From the NCBI GenBank assembly GCA_004296145.1, contig SEBM01000001.1:1-37961 (forward strand): DNA of 37,961 nt, written 5' to 3'. This document shows, one piece after another, positions 24,433 through 34,739 of this stretch. Source of the DNA: Flavobacterium sp. Its GTDB lineage: Bacteria > Bacteroidota > Bacteroidia > Flavobacteriales > Flavobacteriaceae. Position numbers and translations under genes: made by a program. The notes under the pieces are model-generated. The model saw only the letters and a list, made by a program, of their open reading frames with translations. It made no database searches and was not told the DNA's origin. The first letter of the stretch is position 1. Every line of letters begins with the position of its first letter.

Positions 24433-25495
24433 AAATGATTGTTGTCTTTATTGCAGCGTAAAAAAAATCTCTTGGTTCTCTTTTTAGATTGAACACATTT
24501 ATCTTTTTGTTTTTGCTGTTATTTAATTCATCAAACTTTTCAGAGGGCAAATTTGAAATTGTAAACATTTTGTCTCCTGATTTCAAATATAAGCCCACAT
24601 TTCCATTTTGAAACTTCACAACATTTTGAACTGAACCAGAAACATCATTGTATGAATTGTCTGTTTCAATATGTTTCAAATAGAAGGAACAAGCCGGTCT
24701 GTATAAACAATACTTACAATTTGCTTTTGTTGGGTTTGCTGTGAATGTTCCATTGTCAATACAATCATTTGTTGAATTCAGTAACGATTTTGCTTCTTCA
24801 AAGATAGCATTGCATTCATTCACTGAGAAGTCAACTGTAAACTTTTGATTAGTTAAATCAACTAAACTTAATTGTGTTGGAAACTTGCCGGTGTTTTCAA
24901 AATACAAATAAGCATAAAGTTTTAGTTGGTCCTTGTATTCTGCTTTCAATTCTGAATTTATTTCTCCATCATCGTCCAAAACATCTTGTGTTATTGCTCC
25001 GGTTTTGAAATCGAGTATTTCAGTTTCATATTCAGCTTCAATTACTAAATCAATTTTGCCACCAATCAATTTATCTTTTGATTCATACCATTTTTCTGAA
25101 TGGAACTTTGTATTGTTTGCTCTTGCTGGTCTTTCAGAAACATTTTGTAAATGGTCTTTGAGCAAAATCTTTTTCATGGTAAAATCTTTTACCTTCTTTT
25201 GAAGTGGAACGAAAAAATCATAACCATCAGCAACCAACTTTTCTTCCATTAATTTTATTTGCTCTTGAAAAGCAGTATTGAAATCATCTTCATTTCTTAT
25301 TTGTCCTTTTGAAATCAACTCAAGCATGTTGTGCAATACTGTTCCGTAATAAGCATTAACAGAAACAGGAAGCAATGCTTTTTTATTCATTGCTTCTGCC
25401 AATAAAGATTTATAACCACAATTTTTCATAGAATAAAATTGGCTTGGAGAAATCCTTTGGATTTTCTTGAAATTTATTTTGCCAACTTGATTCAT
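24425..25495 (-). CDS. RecB/AddB/Cas4-like PD-(D/E)XK nuclease with predicted Fe-S cysteines
   Basis: ISPS...C, GTVLH, GKIDLV...DFKTG, QLKLYA and CKYCLYRPAC motifs. Confidence 0.88.
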   Translation of the reverse strand: MNQVGKINFKKIQRISPSQFYSMKNCGYKSLLAEAMNKKALLPVSVNAYYGTVLHNMLELISKGQIRNEDDFNTAFQEQIKLMEEKLVADGYDFFVPLQKKVKDFTMKKILLKDHLQNVSERPARANNTKFHSEKWYESKDKLIGGKIDLVIEAEYETEILDFKTGAITQDVLDDDGEINSELKAEYKDQLKLYAYLYFENTGKFPTQLSLVDLTNQKFTVDFSVNECNAIFEEAKSLLNSTNDCIDNGTFTANPTKANCKYCLYRPACSFYLKHIETDNSYNDVSGSVQNVVKFQNGNVGLYLKSGDKMFTISNLPSEKFDELNNSKNKKINVFNLKREPRDFFYAAIKTTIIYE

Positions 25496-28400
25496 TATCT
25501 GATAACTAACTTTTCATAACACCAACCTGGTCTTCTGTGTAAATTGAAAGTGTCAATGATGCTTAATGAACCACCGGAAGCATCTTTGTATTTCCTTAAT
25601 GCTGTAATGGTCTTTGCCAACCAATTTTCATCGTAATTCAAATTAGCAACATTCCAAAACGGGTGAACAATTGCAATGATATTTTTCTTGTCTGCACCCC
25701 ATTTAATTATTGGTAGTCCGTTCACTTCTTCTTTGTGATTGTAGCCGAAACTTTGAGCAAAAGAATCCCTTAAGCTGAGTGCGTTGCTAAGCCAACCTCT
25801 TAATTCAACAAAGTCGAAATTTTTATCTGCACCACAGACAAATTTTTCATCTTGTATTATTCGCATCATTGAAAGTGCTAATCTCCAATCAAGCAAACTG
25901 TGATAATTCATGTTCCTGTAAACTTTCAAACATTCGTAGCAAGAGTCAAAACATGAACCAGAATGAGAATCGGAATGAATTTTTTTTAGGTAAACTTTTT
26001 CATCGGGCGGAGAAATTGCATCTGAAAGAATCGTGTCAAAGTTTTTATATAAGTGTCTTACGAAACCTGAACCATTTGGCAATTCGTCTGTCAAAATAAT
26101 TTCAGCGACAAATCTTTCTGTATCATCATTCAATGCCTTTCTTGAAATATCTGCAATCTCAATTTCAGTTGGGTCAACATCAAGTTTGTCTGCAATAATT
26201 CTTTGAAGTAAAAATGCTGCTGAATAATAACCTGAACGCACACCATATGATTGTGCTCGTATATGAGGTGAATCATTTTCATTTGAAACCATATTCAGAT
26301 TCAGTTCTGATGGAACAGATGCCGGTGATAATCTTAGAATTTCTGTTTTCTTGTTACTTGCTAAAGCAATTGCTTCTTCTTGTGAATCTGCTATTGGAAA
26401 TGGTTCCATTGAATAACCATTGTCATCAATGTAACGACTCGATAAATCGTTCAACAACCATTGCTCTTTGAATCTATATCCTATTCGCTGTTCAAAAGGA
26501 TATTTGTTTACAATGTTGTATCGCTTGCCTACGAAAAAATTATCTGAATTTGTATTAACTCTCCAAGTGACATCACGGTCAGTAATTGAGATGTTAGCAT
26601 TTCTAATTTTATCCGTTTCAGTTTTGTTATCATCTTCGTTATTAGACTCTGCAAAAATTGGTGGTCTGGATAAAAGAATAAGTGAGTCTTCCTTTGAATC
26701 ATTCCCCTGTGCAAGATTTGTTCTGTATGCTTTCGGTGCTTTTAATAAAACTGGTTTTTGATAATTGGATTCATCTTCACCACAATCCAGACAAACGGTT
26801 TCTCTGCCTTGAAAATCTTCTTCCTTTTCATAAGTCCTAAATGTACCGCAAGTTTTGCATCTCGTCATCCACTTATTTATGTAGAAGGGGCTTCCATTGA
26901 AATTTGGACTTCCGTATTGCGATAACTTATCTGAAAATTCAGAAGTGAAACCGATTACTGTATGAATTGCTTTGTCTTTCGTTTTCTGTGCACCTGGAGC
27001 AAATTCATAAATTGCCATTGCTTGGTCTCTGTCAATCAAAAGTGGTTCAAATTGTTCATTGATTCCGTGATATAAATTTTTTACAGTCGTTGGCATTCCA
27101 AACATTGGAAGAATTCCACCCTCTGCTAATTTTTGAGAAATATCATCGGAAGAAATTTCTCTATTATCAATTACACTTTGAGATATATTTATTAATCCGC
27201 TTTTTGTATCTACATCACAAACCCAATTGATAAATTCCTCTCGTTGCTCTTTTAGCTCTGGTGTAATCAAGGCATCAACTGTTTTTTCAACTTCATTTTT
27301 GTAGTTGGTTATCCAACTAATTATTTGGGGTTTGTAAATCAACCAATTTGTTTGTAGTTCTCCACCGATTGTTCCAAACTCTCCATGAATACTTGATTTG
27401 CCATCATTGGAAATATTGATTGTATTTTGTATGTATGCTTTCCTAAAAATTTCTTTTGCAAGTAGTCGTTTAAAAATTCGGTCTTGATCCATTGTAAGAA
27501 ATGGAGTAGGCGGTGAATCGTTTGTAATCTTGTGAGGATTTGCAAAATAAAATTCGTCATGGCTTCTACCTCTACAAAAAGTAAGTATCACAGAATATGC
27601 TTGTCCTCTTCGTCCAGCTCTGCCAACTCTTTGTTGATAGTTGAATCTTTGAGGTGGCATATTGCCTAACATAACTGCTTGCAATGCGCCAATATCAACA
27701 CCAACCTCAAGCGTAGTTGTTACACTTAACAAGTCAATCGTTTTGACATCTTTGCTTCCTTCACTTGGCAAAATGATATTTCTGAAATGTCTTTGCCTTT
27801 CAAACTGGTCATCTGTTTGTCCTGTCAGTTCTTCGCAATGCAAACGAATTGGCTTACGTTGCTTGGTGATTGCATTGAACGCCAAATAATTTTTCTCCCA
27901 AAGAGTTTTGCAATTCTCATTTGACAGTGTCAATGCAGTTGAAACAATATCGTCTCTCGTAGTTCCCGCAAATGTGCAAATGCCACCTGATGTGTGTAGG
28001 TGTGGTCGGTTCACGAGTGTACCCTTCCAAATTTGATTTTCTTCCTCTGAAACTTTGATAAACAAACTCTCAATCATTAAACCTCTTTGAGAATCTAAAA
28101 CTCCTGAACCATGAAGCGTTTCAAAAATTGCACTACCCAAATCATCGGTGTTAAGAATGTTTTTTGCAGCAACATTTTTTATCCATCTCTTAAGTGCTGG
28201 CGGTAATGAATCAAAACTTGTGAAAGGATTTCTATTTGGAAAATCTGAATAATTGTGTTTGTATTTATCTCCTAAAATTCTGATTGAACTATTGACAATG
28301 TCAAGGAACAAGGCCGGACGCATGTTTAATACTCCAGCAAAATGATTTATTTGAGAACTGTTTGGATTGATTGAGAGATAACCAAAACCGGAAGATTCAA

Positions 28401-31400
28401 ATGAGTAAAACAGTTGTCCGAAAAACATTTGAGATAATTCTTCAAATGAATTATTTCTGATTTCCTGAATGAATGAATTCAAGTTTGCTTGTGCTTTCCA
28501 AAGAGGCTCTTGTAAGAAGTCAATCAAGTTATACCAGTCAACCCAAACACCATTTGCAATTTCTTTTTTTCTGATAGAAATATTTAAACCCCCTGGGTTC
28601 ACGCCAAGTTTCGCAAGATTTTTTACAATGGGAGCAAGATTAAAAGAAGGAGAGAGGTCGACAAGTTCACGAACATTTATCGATTTACTCATAAACTGAT
28701 TTATTTTATCTAATGCTTTGTCCTTGTCTTGTTTGTTTGGAGAATTAGCATTGTAGAAAAGTGTATTTACTTCATCAAAAATAATTGGTTGCTCTCTTTC
28801 AAAGTTTTGTTTCGTGTTTTCATCAGATTTGGCAAAGGCAATTACAAGTTCATTCTTCTTCAAAATATTTCTGTGAAGTTCGTAGAGCAAAGTTTCTCTA
28901 AGCAAATCGGTAAAATGGTTTCTCTCAATTCCGTTTGCAACTTGTGCAGCATCTTCACGGCTGTCAGAAAACACAACCAACTTTCTTTCATCAACTTTGT
29001 CCGGTAGTTGTAACATTAATTCCTTTGCGAAAATTTGACTGGTCTTGGCGAAACCTGTTCTGAATGCTCTTAAAGTTGTTTTCCTACTTTTCTTTTCAGA
29101 GTAATCAGTTCCGCAACAAGGACAAACACAAGGAAGTGCGTAATGTGTTTCCTGTGTTAAGTTTTGCGTTTGCCATAATTCCCTAGCAACATCATTACCG
29201 TTATGGAATATGTAAAACATTCTTCCAATAATCCAATCTTTTGGTATCTCCTTATCGTTTTTATTTCCTGTGTCGACATCACCTGACTTTACATTAAGTA
29301 TTGCCGGAATCCATTGAGCAATGTAATCTCGGGTGTCGCTTGTGTTGACTAAAGTTTGATCGCTCCAATTGTCGGCTTCTTGGCCAGCATTTCTTCCGTA
29401 ACGCTGTGTGTGTTTTGTAAATTTTTGTTTGCCTTGTGCCCAAAAAACTCCAAACTCCTGATAAGTTCTTTTATCAACTAATTTCCCGGGTGTCTTTTCC
29501 GGTATCCCTTCAATCTTTGGACTTAAAGGGAGAAGTTCCCAAGTTCCTTTCTTTCCAATTGACCTGCTTCCACCAAAAAAAGTTGTTCCGCAATTATCGC
29601 AGTAAAGAAGTTCCAAAATTCTATTTCCGTTTTCGGAACTTATTTTGGTGGTTGAATAAAGTTTTCCGGCTGTCCTTTCTCCATCGTTGTAGCCATCTTT
29701 GCTTTCAATATCATCAGGGTTTATCGATGCCCAAACTCCTTCAATGTTTCTAAAGAAATAATGAAACCTGAATCGTGGTAATTTTCTTTCATCGGGTATT
29801 TTGATTTTTTCCGCAAATTCTTTTTCGTCAAGCAATGCTCTTGCAATAAGTAATCCTCTCAAAGCATTTTGTAAATCGTCTTGCGTTTTAGCTTGCTCAA
29901 AAATTGTTTCAGCAAAATATATTTCATCTGAATCATCACCGTCTGCTTTCAATGAACAAACTGCTTGATAGTTTTTGCAAGGTGAAAACAATCTTTCTTT
30001 CAAAAGGAAAATCGGATTGGTAATTACGGTGAGAAATTTTTCTATACCATATCCTTGTTGTGGAATTTTAAAGGCAGTTGCAATTTCCATTGCTGCTTTA
30101 TCGCAAGCAGAAATAAAATCAAGATTTGAAATATCTTCTTTCGCTGCTGAATATTTCAATGCAACTTCTTTGAATGGATTGATTGGAAGTTTCTTTTCGC
30201 TTGTTGGAACTTCTGAGACTGGATTATTTTTTCCCTCAATTATTTTAAATGGCTTTTCATTCCAATCAACTCCAAAAAAATCTTCAAGAAACTCTTTGCT
30301 CTTTTTTCCCTCTTTGGAATCATCCGCAACTATGGATGCACTTGATGCAAGTATTCGCAACTGTGGGTGCTGCGGATGCAGTCCTAAGCGGTCAAGTACA
30401 AGTTTGAGTAAATATGCTACCTCTGTGCCTTGTGTGCCTCTATACAAGTGTAACTCGTCAATGATTAAATGAAAGATTCTGTTAGGTCGTTCTGCTACTT
30501 TTTCTTTCTCTGATAAATCTTCGCACTCTAACCAACTTCTTGTTTCTTCAAATATTCCTGAATCAACTGCTCTCATTAACATGATGCTCAACATTGAAAA
30601 GTTGGTAATGAGAATGTCAGGCGGTGCAAGTTGCATATCAAATCTGCAACGCATTTCTGCACTGTTGTCAAGCCGTTGAAAAAATGATTTCAATTCTTTT
30701 ATTTTTTCAGTTTTCTTTTCATCAGAAAGTTTTTTGAATTCTTCTTCCTTTGGTAATTCTGTTCGGATGTATTCTGAAACTTTGTTGAATGCCTCGTCTA
30801 AATTTCTTAACTCGTCTTTGAGTTTGTTTATTTTGTTATCGTTTCTCTTTCCGTCTACTTTGAAAAGGCCTCCGGCAATTGGAGATGTGCCGTTGTATCT
30901 TCCAAAATAAATTGCATTGCCGTTTCCATTTTTGCTAAACCAATTTCTTGTGTCGTCTGAATCAAGTGCCTTTCTCAATCTGCTCATTTGGTCTTCTACC
31001 AAAGCATTCATCGGATAAAGAATCAATGCTCTTACTCCGGCTTTTCTAACATCGTGATTTCTTTGGCCTGCTGCCGGACTTAAACACTGGCTGGCTGTAT
31101 CAACAATATTTTTTGGTGTCAAACCATTTCCATCTTTCCACCATGAATCAACCGCTAATGATTTATGGTTTGTGTTTTTCCAGTGAGAAAATTCTTTTGA
31201 AAGTTGTGCAAATAATGGAAGTAAAAATGATTCTGTTTTACCTGAACCTGTTCCTGATGTGATGATGCAATTATTGCCTTCCAATGCTTCTTTTAACATT
31301 TTCGTTTGATGCAAATGCATTCGTACATTTGTAGGAAACAAACCTTGCTTTACAAGTTCTCTGAAAACTTTTGCTTCATCTTCGTTCAAAGCATTCCCTA

Positions 31401-31611
31401 AATCCTCCGGCTTTAAGTCGTCAATTAACTTTCCGCTTGTGATGTAATCCGGCAAAGGTTCAATCCATGGTTTGCGGTAAAGAACTTTGTCGTAGTTGAG
31501 TAAATCATTTCGTTCTTTTTCAAGTCCAGGAAACTTTGTTCCGAAAGCGGTTTCAACATACCGAATGAAATTGTCTTTGATGGTTTCAAATGAACCGATA
31601 GGGTCTTTCAT
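25495..31611 (-). CDS. druE: Large SF2 (DExH) helicase with C-terminal DUF1998/MrfA-type Zn domain, DruE-like
   Basis: TSGTGSGKTE, YPMNALVEDQ, DELH, SAS, TTTLEVGVDIG and QRVGRAGRR motifs; CxxC pairs; C-terminal CFDSCYECL..YRN...H..LDWRLA. 2038 aa matches Druantia DruE size. Confidence 0.8.
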   Translation of the reverse strand: MKDPIGSFETIKDNFIRYVETAFGTKFPGLEKERNDLLNYDKVLYRKPWIEPLPDYITSGKLIDDLKPEDLGNALNEDEAKVFRELVKQGLFPTNVRMHLHQTKMLKEALEGNNCIITSGTGSGKTESFLLPLFAQLSKEFSHWKNTNHKSLAVDSWWKDGNGLTPKNIVDTASQCLSPAAGQRNHDVRKAGVRALILYPMNALVEDQMSRLRKALDSDDTRNWFSKNGNGNAIYFGRYNGTSPIAGGLFKVDGKRNDNKINKLKDELRNLDEAFNKVSEYIRTELPKEEEFKKLSDEKKTEKIKELKSFFQRLDNSAEMRCRFDMQLAPPDILITNFSMLSIMLMRAVDSGIFEETRSWLECEDLSEKEKVAERPNRIFHLIIDELHLYRGTQGTEVAYLLKLVLDRLGLHPQHPQLRILASSASIVADDSKEGKKSKEFLEDFFGVDWNEKPFKIIEGKNNPVSEVPTSEKKLPINPFKEVALKYSAAKEDISNLDFISACDKAAMEIATAFKIPQQGYGIEKFLTVITNPIFLLKERLFSPCKNYQAVCSLKADGDDSDEIYFAETIFEQAKTQDDLQNALRGLLIARALLDEKEFAEKIKIPDERKLPRFRFHYFFRNIEGVWASINPDDIESKDGYNDGERTAGKLYSTTKISSENGNRILELLYCDNCGTTFFGGSRSIGKKGTWELLPLSPKIEGIPEKTPGKLVDKRTYQEFGVFWAQGKQKFTKHTQRYGRNAGQEADNWSDQTLVNTSDTRDYIAQWIPAILNVKSGDVDTGNKNDKEIPKDWIIGRMFYIFHNGNDVARELWQTQNLTQETHYALPCVCPCCGTDYSEKKSRKTTLRAFRTGFAKTSQIFAKELMLQLPDKVDERKLVVFSDSREDAAQVANGIERNHFTDLLRETLLYELHRNILKKNELVIAFAKSDENTKQNFEREQPIIFDEVNTLFYNANSPNKQDKDKALDKINQFMSKSINVRELVDLSPSFNLAPIVKNLAKLGVNPGGLNISIRKKEIANGVWVDWYNLIDFLQEPLWKAQANLNSFIQEIRNNSFEELSQMFFGQLFYSFESSGFGYLSINPNSSQINHFAGVLNMRPALFLDIVNSSIRILGDKYKHNYSDFPNRNPFTSFDSLPPALKRWIKNVAAKNILNTDDLGSAIFETLHGSGVLDSQRGLMIESLFIKVSEEENQIWKGTLVNRPHLHTSGGICTFAGTTRDDIVSTALTLSNENCKTLWEKNYLAFNAITKQRKPIRLHCEELTGQTDDQFERQRHFRNIILPSEGSKDVKTIDLLSVTTTLEVGVDIGALQAVMLGNMPPQRFNYQQRVGRAGRRGQAYSVILTFCRGRSHDEFYFANPHKITNDSPPTPFLTMDQDRIFKRLLAKEIFRKAYIQNTINISNDGKSSIHGEFGTIGGELQTNWLIYKPQIISWITNYKNEVEKTVDALITPELKEQREEFINWVCDVDTKSGLINISQSVIDNREISSDDISQKLAEGGILPMFGMPTTVKNLYHGINEQFEPLLIDRDQAMAIYEFAPGAQKTKDKAIHTVIGFTSEFSDKLSQYGSPNFNGSPFYINKWMTRCKTCGTFRTYEKEEDFQGRETVCLDCGEDESNYQKPVLLKAPKAYRTNLAQGNDSKEDSLILLSRPPIFAESNNEDDNKTETDKIRNANISITDRDVTWRVNTNSDNFFVGKRYNIVNKYPFEQRIGYRFKEQWLLNDLSSRYIDDNGYSMEPFPIADSQEEAIALASNKKTEILRLSPASVPSELNLNMVSNENDSPHIRAQSYGVRSGYYSAAFLLQRIIADKLDVDPTEIEIADISRKALNDDTERFVAEIILTDELPNGSGFVRHLYKNFDTILSDAISPPDEKVYLKKIHSDSHSGSCFDSCYECLKVYRNMNYHSLLDWRLALSMMRIIQDEKFVCGADKNFDFVELRGWLSNALSLRDSFAQSFGYNHKEEVNGLPIIKWGADKKNIIAIVHPFWNVANLNYDENWLAKTITALRKYKDASGGSLSIIDTFNLHRRPGWCYEKLVIR

Positions 31612-34427
31612 ATTGCTTGCATTGTTGTTTCAATTTTCATATCTAAAATTGCTTGAAAAAAATTGTGAGTGAATAACGATGGAATATTACGATAAACATT
31701 ATACGATACACTTTTTCCTTTCAAATTTATCTGCTTGAATTCCGGTGCTTCTCCACTAAGCTGTAAAATTAGTCGTGAGATGAATTTAGGTAATGGGATT
31801 GAAACCGGAATTGCAAGGTTTTTTGAATTACAAAATATTTCATTGGGTTTTGAAAAATAAATTCCATAACCGTAACCTCTAACTTTCTCAGAACAATTAT
31901 TGATGAACAAATACTTCCCCCAATTTTTATCTATTGGATAATATGATTGTTTAATCCACAAAGCAAATTCAGGGATGTAACTTGGTCTGCATTCAGTAAG
32001 AGAATATTCTTTGTCATAGCCATTAACTAATTCAAACTTTAAACTTTCTTTTCTGAATATCTTTTTCTCCAAGCCAAATTTTTCCCATGATTCAGAACTG
32101 CCTTTGCCAATTGTGTATTGCTCATATTGGCTCAATGTCGGTAGAAAGTTTTTCAATTTCAAAATATACCAATCATCAAACTCAATCTGAAAATGATTTG
32201 CAAGGTTTTCAAATTCTCTTTTGTTGTTGGTTTCAAAAATGATAGAATCAGGAATGAGCATTTGAAGGTTTTTTTCACTCTGTTTCTTAAAAGAAATGGT
32301 AATTCTGTTGTTGCTCTTTGAGCAATACGCAATCATTTCATTTACCATTTCTTCATCTCTCCCTCCAATCAAAAGCGCTTTTATTCCTCTGTCGCTTGGT
32401 ATTGAGATTAGTTTTGGGGGAAGTGTAAATATTTTATCGTCTGAATAATTGAAGTCTACATAACCTAAGTAATCTAAAATATTTAATGAAGATTTTCTTC
32501 TCTCTTGAAGCCTCAACTGCTCTCCTTCAAAAGTTTTATGTAAGATGGTTTCAAATGCCTCATTGTATTTTTTTATATCACATTCTTTAACACCTATCAG
32601 CCATTTCAAAAGCGTATTGTCCTTAAAATTCAATGCTGGTCCCTGTAGGATTGTCGCTTTCTGATTATTGATGAAAGTTTGAGTAAAAGCAACTTCATTT
32701 AGAAAGGAACAAACTATTCTATTTCCTTGAATGAATGTTGTTTCATCATCAACCTTTGCGTTGAACTTGTTTCTCTTGTGCAAGTTTTCATTGCTCAAAT
32801 CAAAGTGCGATGCTTCACCAATTTTATATGTTCTTCTAGCACCTTCAATAAATCCGTTTTCAATTTGTATGTAGAAACTTTTATTGACTGTAATGTTTTG
32901 AGGTAATAACCAAATGCCGCCAGTTCTTGAATGCTTGTCCAAAAAGAATTTTTCATTTTCATTCTCATATTGAATGTAAACCTTTTCGTTACCATCGGCA
33001 TTTGAAATTTCTACTTCAGGTAACATTTCATTCAGATAACTCAAATAACTAATTTTTAAACCTGTTCCTGCTCTTAGCGAAATCGTTTTGTTTTCATAAA
33101 CTTTTAGTTGAGGAAATTCAGTATGACTTTGATGTGGATTCTTGAACCAAAATAGCGAATGGTCTGGAGGCACATTTATCAATGTGGTTTCATTTCTGAA
33201 TTGGCTGCAACAGTTCTCACACCAATTTTGAATTGATTGACTGATGTTGTTTTTGCATAGCAAATACATTTCTTCAACTCGTGATAATTTTTCTGTTTCG
33301 ATAAAAAAATCATTTCCAAGTTGAAAGTAACCACCACGAATCAACAAGCGAATATTTTTGAAATCAAATACTGCTTTCCATTTGTTATGCGTGTCTTTCA
33401 GTTCAAACGAATCTTTGTAATTTCTCTTGAGTGTTCTTGACCAATGCTTGTTTTCATAAATGTCTTCAAACTCGTCAAACTTCAATTCGGGTGGTGGCTC
33501 GGAAGAATATTTTACTCTATATGAGAAAACAATTTCTCCATCCTCATTTACTTTGAATTGCAGTTTGAGTGGAACAACTGTGTTCTTTCTAATCTTCTTT
33601 TCAATTCCATCTTTTAAGACAATTTCGTGTTCTTCTCCTGTCCATTGAATGAATTCGGATTTTACAGTTTCAATAATTGATTGTCCAATTTCGTCAGCTG
33701 GTTTTTTTATGATTTCAACAACGCTCGTTTTCAATTCAAGAATTGCAATTCCGTTTCTGCTGCATAATTGTTGTTTGAAAAATTCGTCTTGATAAAAAGT
33801 TTTCGGAACAAAACCTGTTGCATAAAAAAAGTCTGACAATTTTCTGATTGCCTTTGGTGTCAAAACACATTGAGAAAATGGTTTGTAAACAAACTTCCTC
33901 GTCTCATGTGTAAACAGTAGTTCTTTGAAGCAACCCAACTCACCATTTTTTGTATTGATTGACCAATTTGAAAGGTCTGCCCATAACTCGTCAATATCAC
34001 GAAGTTTGTTTCTAAGATTTTGCTGAATGTTATTCTCATTCAAAAAATCTTTTAGTCGGTCATAATAATTTGTTGCGTAATAGTCGCCTTGAATTTCAAT
34101 GAGAGGCAATACCGCAAAAACTAAATGAGAAATATATGGCGGATATTTTACCTCAACTCCATCTATTTTTCTTATTCCTTTTTTCCATTGTTGAAAAGAG
34201 TGAATTGCCTTGTCAAAAATGTCAGGGTATCCGCTTGAACCCGGAAGCCCGTTTCTCAACTTGCGTAAATAATCTTCCCAAATTTCTTGATCGGTTTCTT
34301 CTTCAAAATTTTCTTTAGCAAGGTTTATAATTTCCTGTTTGGTAATGAACAAATGAATGTCCCTCCCCGCTTGGTTAGGGTTGAAAAAGTGTTTTGCGAT
34401 ATGATTGTTCCATTCAAGAAAGTTCAT
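31608..34427 (-). CDS. Large hypothetical protein (939 aa), probable Druantia accessory subunit (DruF/DruH-like position)
   Basis: Long uninterrupted ORF with a 4-bp overlap to the helicase; no catalytic motif recognised. Family inferred from context only. Confidence 0.7.
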   Translation of the reverse strand: MNFLEWNNHIAKHFFNPNQAGRDIHLFITKQEIINLAKENFEEETDQEIWEDYLRKLRNGLPGSSGYPDIFDKAIHSFQQWKKGIRKIDGVEVKYPPYISHLVFAVLPLIEIQGDYYATNYYDRLKDFLNENNIQQNLRNKLRDIDELWADLSNWSINTKNGELGCFKELLFTHETRKFVYKPFSQCVLTPKAIRKLSDFFYATGFVPKTFYQDEFFKQQLCSRNGIAILELKTSVVEIIKKPADEIGQSIIETVKSEFIQWTGEEHEIVLKDGIEKKIRKNTVVPLKLQFKVNEDGEIVFSYRVKYSSEPPPELKFDEFEDIYENKHWSRTLKRNYKDSFELKDTHNKWKAVFDFKNIRLLIRGGYFQLGNDFFIETEKLSRVEEMYLLCKNNISQSIQNWCENCCSQFRNETTLINVPPDHSLFWFKNPHQSHTEFPQLKVYENKTISLRAGTGLKISYLSYLNEMLPEVEISNADGNEKVYIQYENENEKFFLDKHSRTGGIWLLPQNITVNKSFYIQIENGFIEGARRTYKIGEASHFDLSNENLHKRNKFNAKVDDETTFIQGNRIVCSFLNEVAFTQTFINNQKATILQGPALNFKDNTLLKWLIGVKECDIKKYNEAFETILHKTFEGEQLRLQERRKSSLNILDYLGYVDFNYSDDKIFTLPPKLISIPSDRGIKALLIGGRDEEMVNEMIAYCSKSNNRITISFKKQSEKNLQMLIPDSIIFETNNKREFENLANHFQIEFDDWYILKLKNFLPTLSQYEQYTIGKGSSESWEKFGLEKKIFRKESLKFELVNGYDKEYSLTECRPSYIPEFALWIKQSYYPIDKNWGKYLFINNCSEKVRGYGYGIYFSKPNEIFCNSKNLAIPVSIPLPKFISRLILQLSGEAPEFKQINLKGKSVSYNVYRNIPSLFTHNFFQAILDMKIETTMQAI

Positions 34428-34429
34428 CT

Positions 34430-34457
34430 ACCTAACATAATGTGCGTTACAGATTTG
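34430..34457 (-). other. dif-like (XerC/XerD-type) recombination site candidate
   Basis: Minus strand CAAATCTGTAA-CGCACA-TTATGTTAGGT has the 11-6-11 layout with inner TAA/TTA; right arm matches the XerD arm TTATGTTAAAT at 9/11. Confidence 0.5.
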
Positions 34458-34739
34458 GTTCTAGGACAATTGGAAACGCAATTCCAAGCTTTTTTCTGGA
34501 GTCTTGCTAAGCTATCAGTTAGTGGGAGTTCTTGTTGGGATAAAGCAAAGTATATTACGGTATATCTAATTATTTTAACTAAGTCTTTACGGCGATAGAC
34601 TCCGCTTTCATAATTCAGATGATAGGAACCTTTTAAAAATTTGTTGTGTAAAGTGTAAAGAATTACTGAACAAAAAAGATGCATAGCTTCAGATTTAATT
34701 TCTTTCATAATTAATTATAGCTAGTGAACTATTTGGTCG

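Noticed and set aside
24425-25495. Cas4 / CRISPR association of the Fe-S nuclease
   Set aside because: No repeat-spacer array or other cas gene is visible in the window.
23305-34427. DISARM class 2 assignment
   Set aside because: DISARM has separate DrmA helicase and DrmB DUF1998 genes plus a PLD DrmC. Here helicase and DUF1998 are fused in one ~2000-aa protein and no PLD gene is present, which fits Druantia better.
25869-34598. Short ORFs overlapping the Druantia-like genes (e.g. 29975-30472, 29436-29753, 34287-34598)
   Set aside because: Antisense or out-of-frame shadows of long coding genes.
34424-34708. 94-aa minus-strand ORF overlapping the 939-aa gene start by 4 bp
   Set aside because: No recognisable protein features, and it spans the probable promoter region and the dif-like site. 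Not fully excluded.
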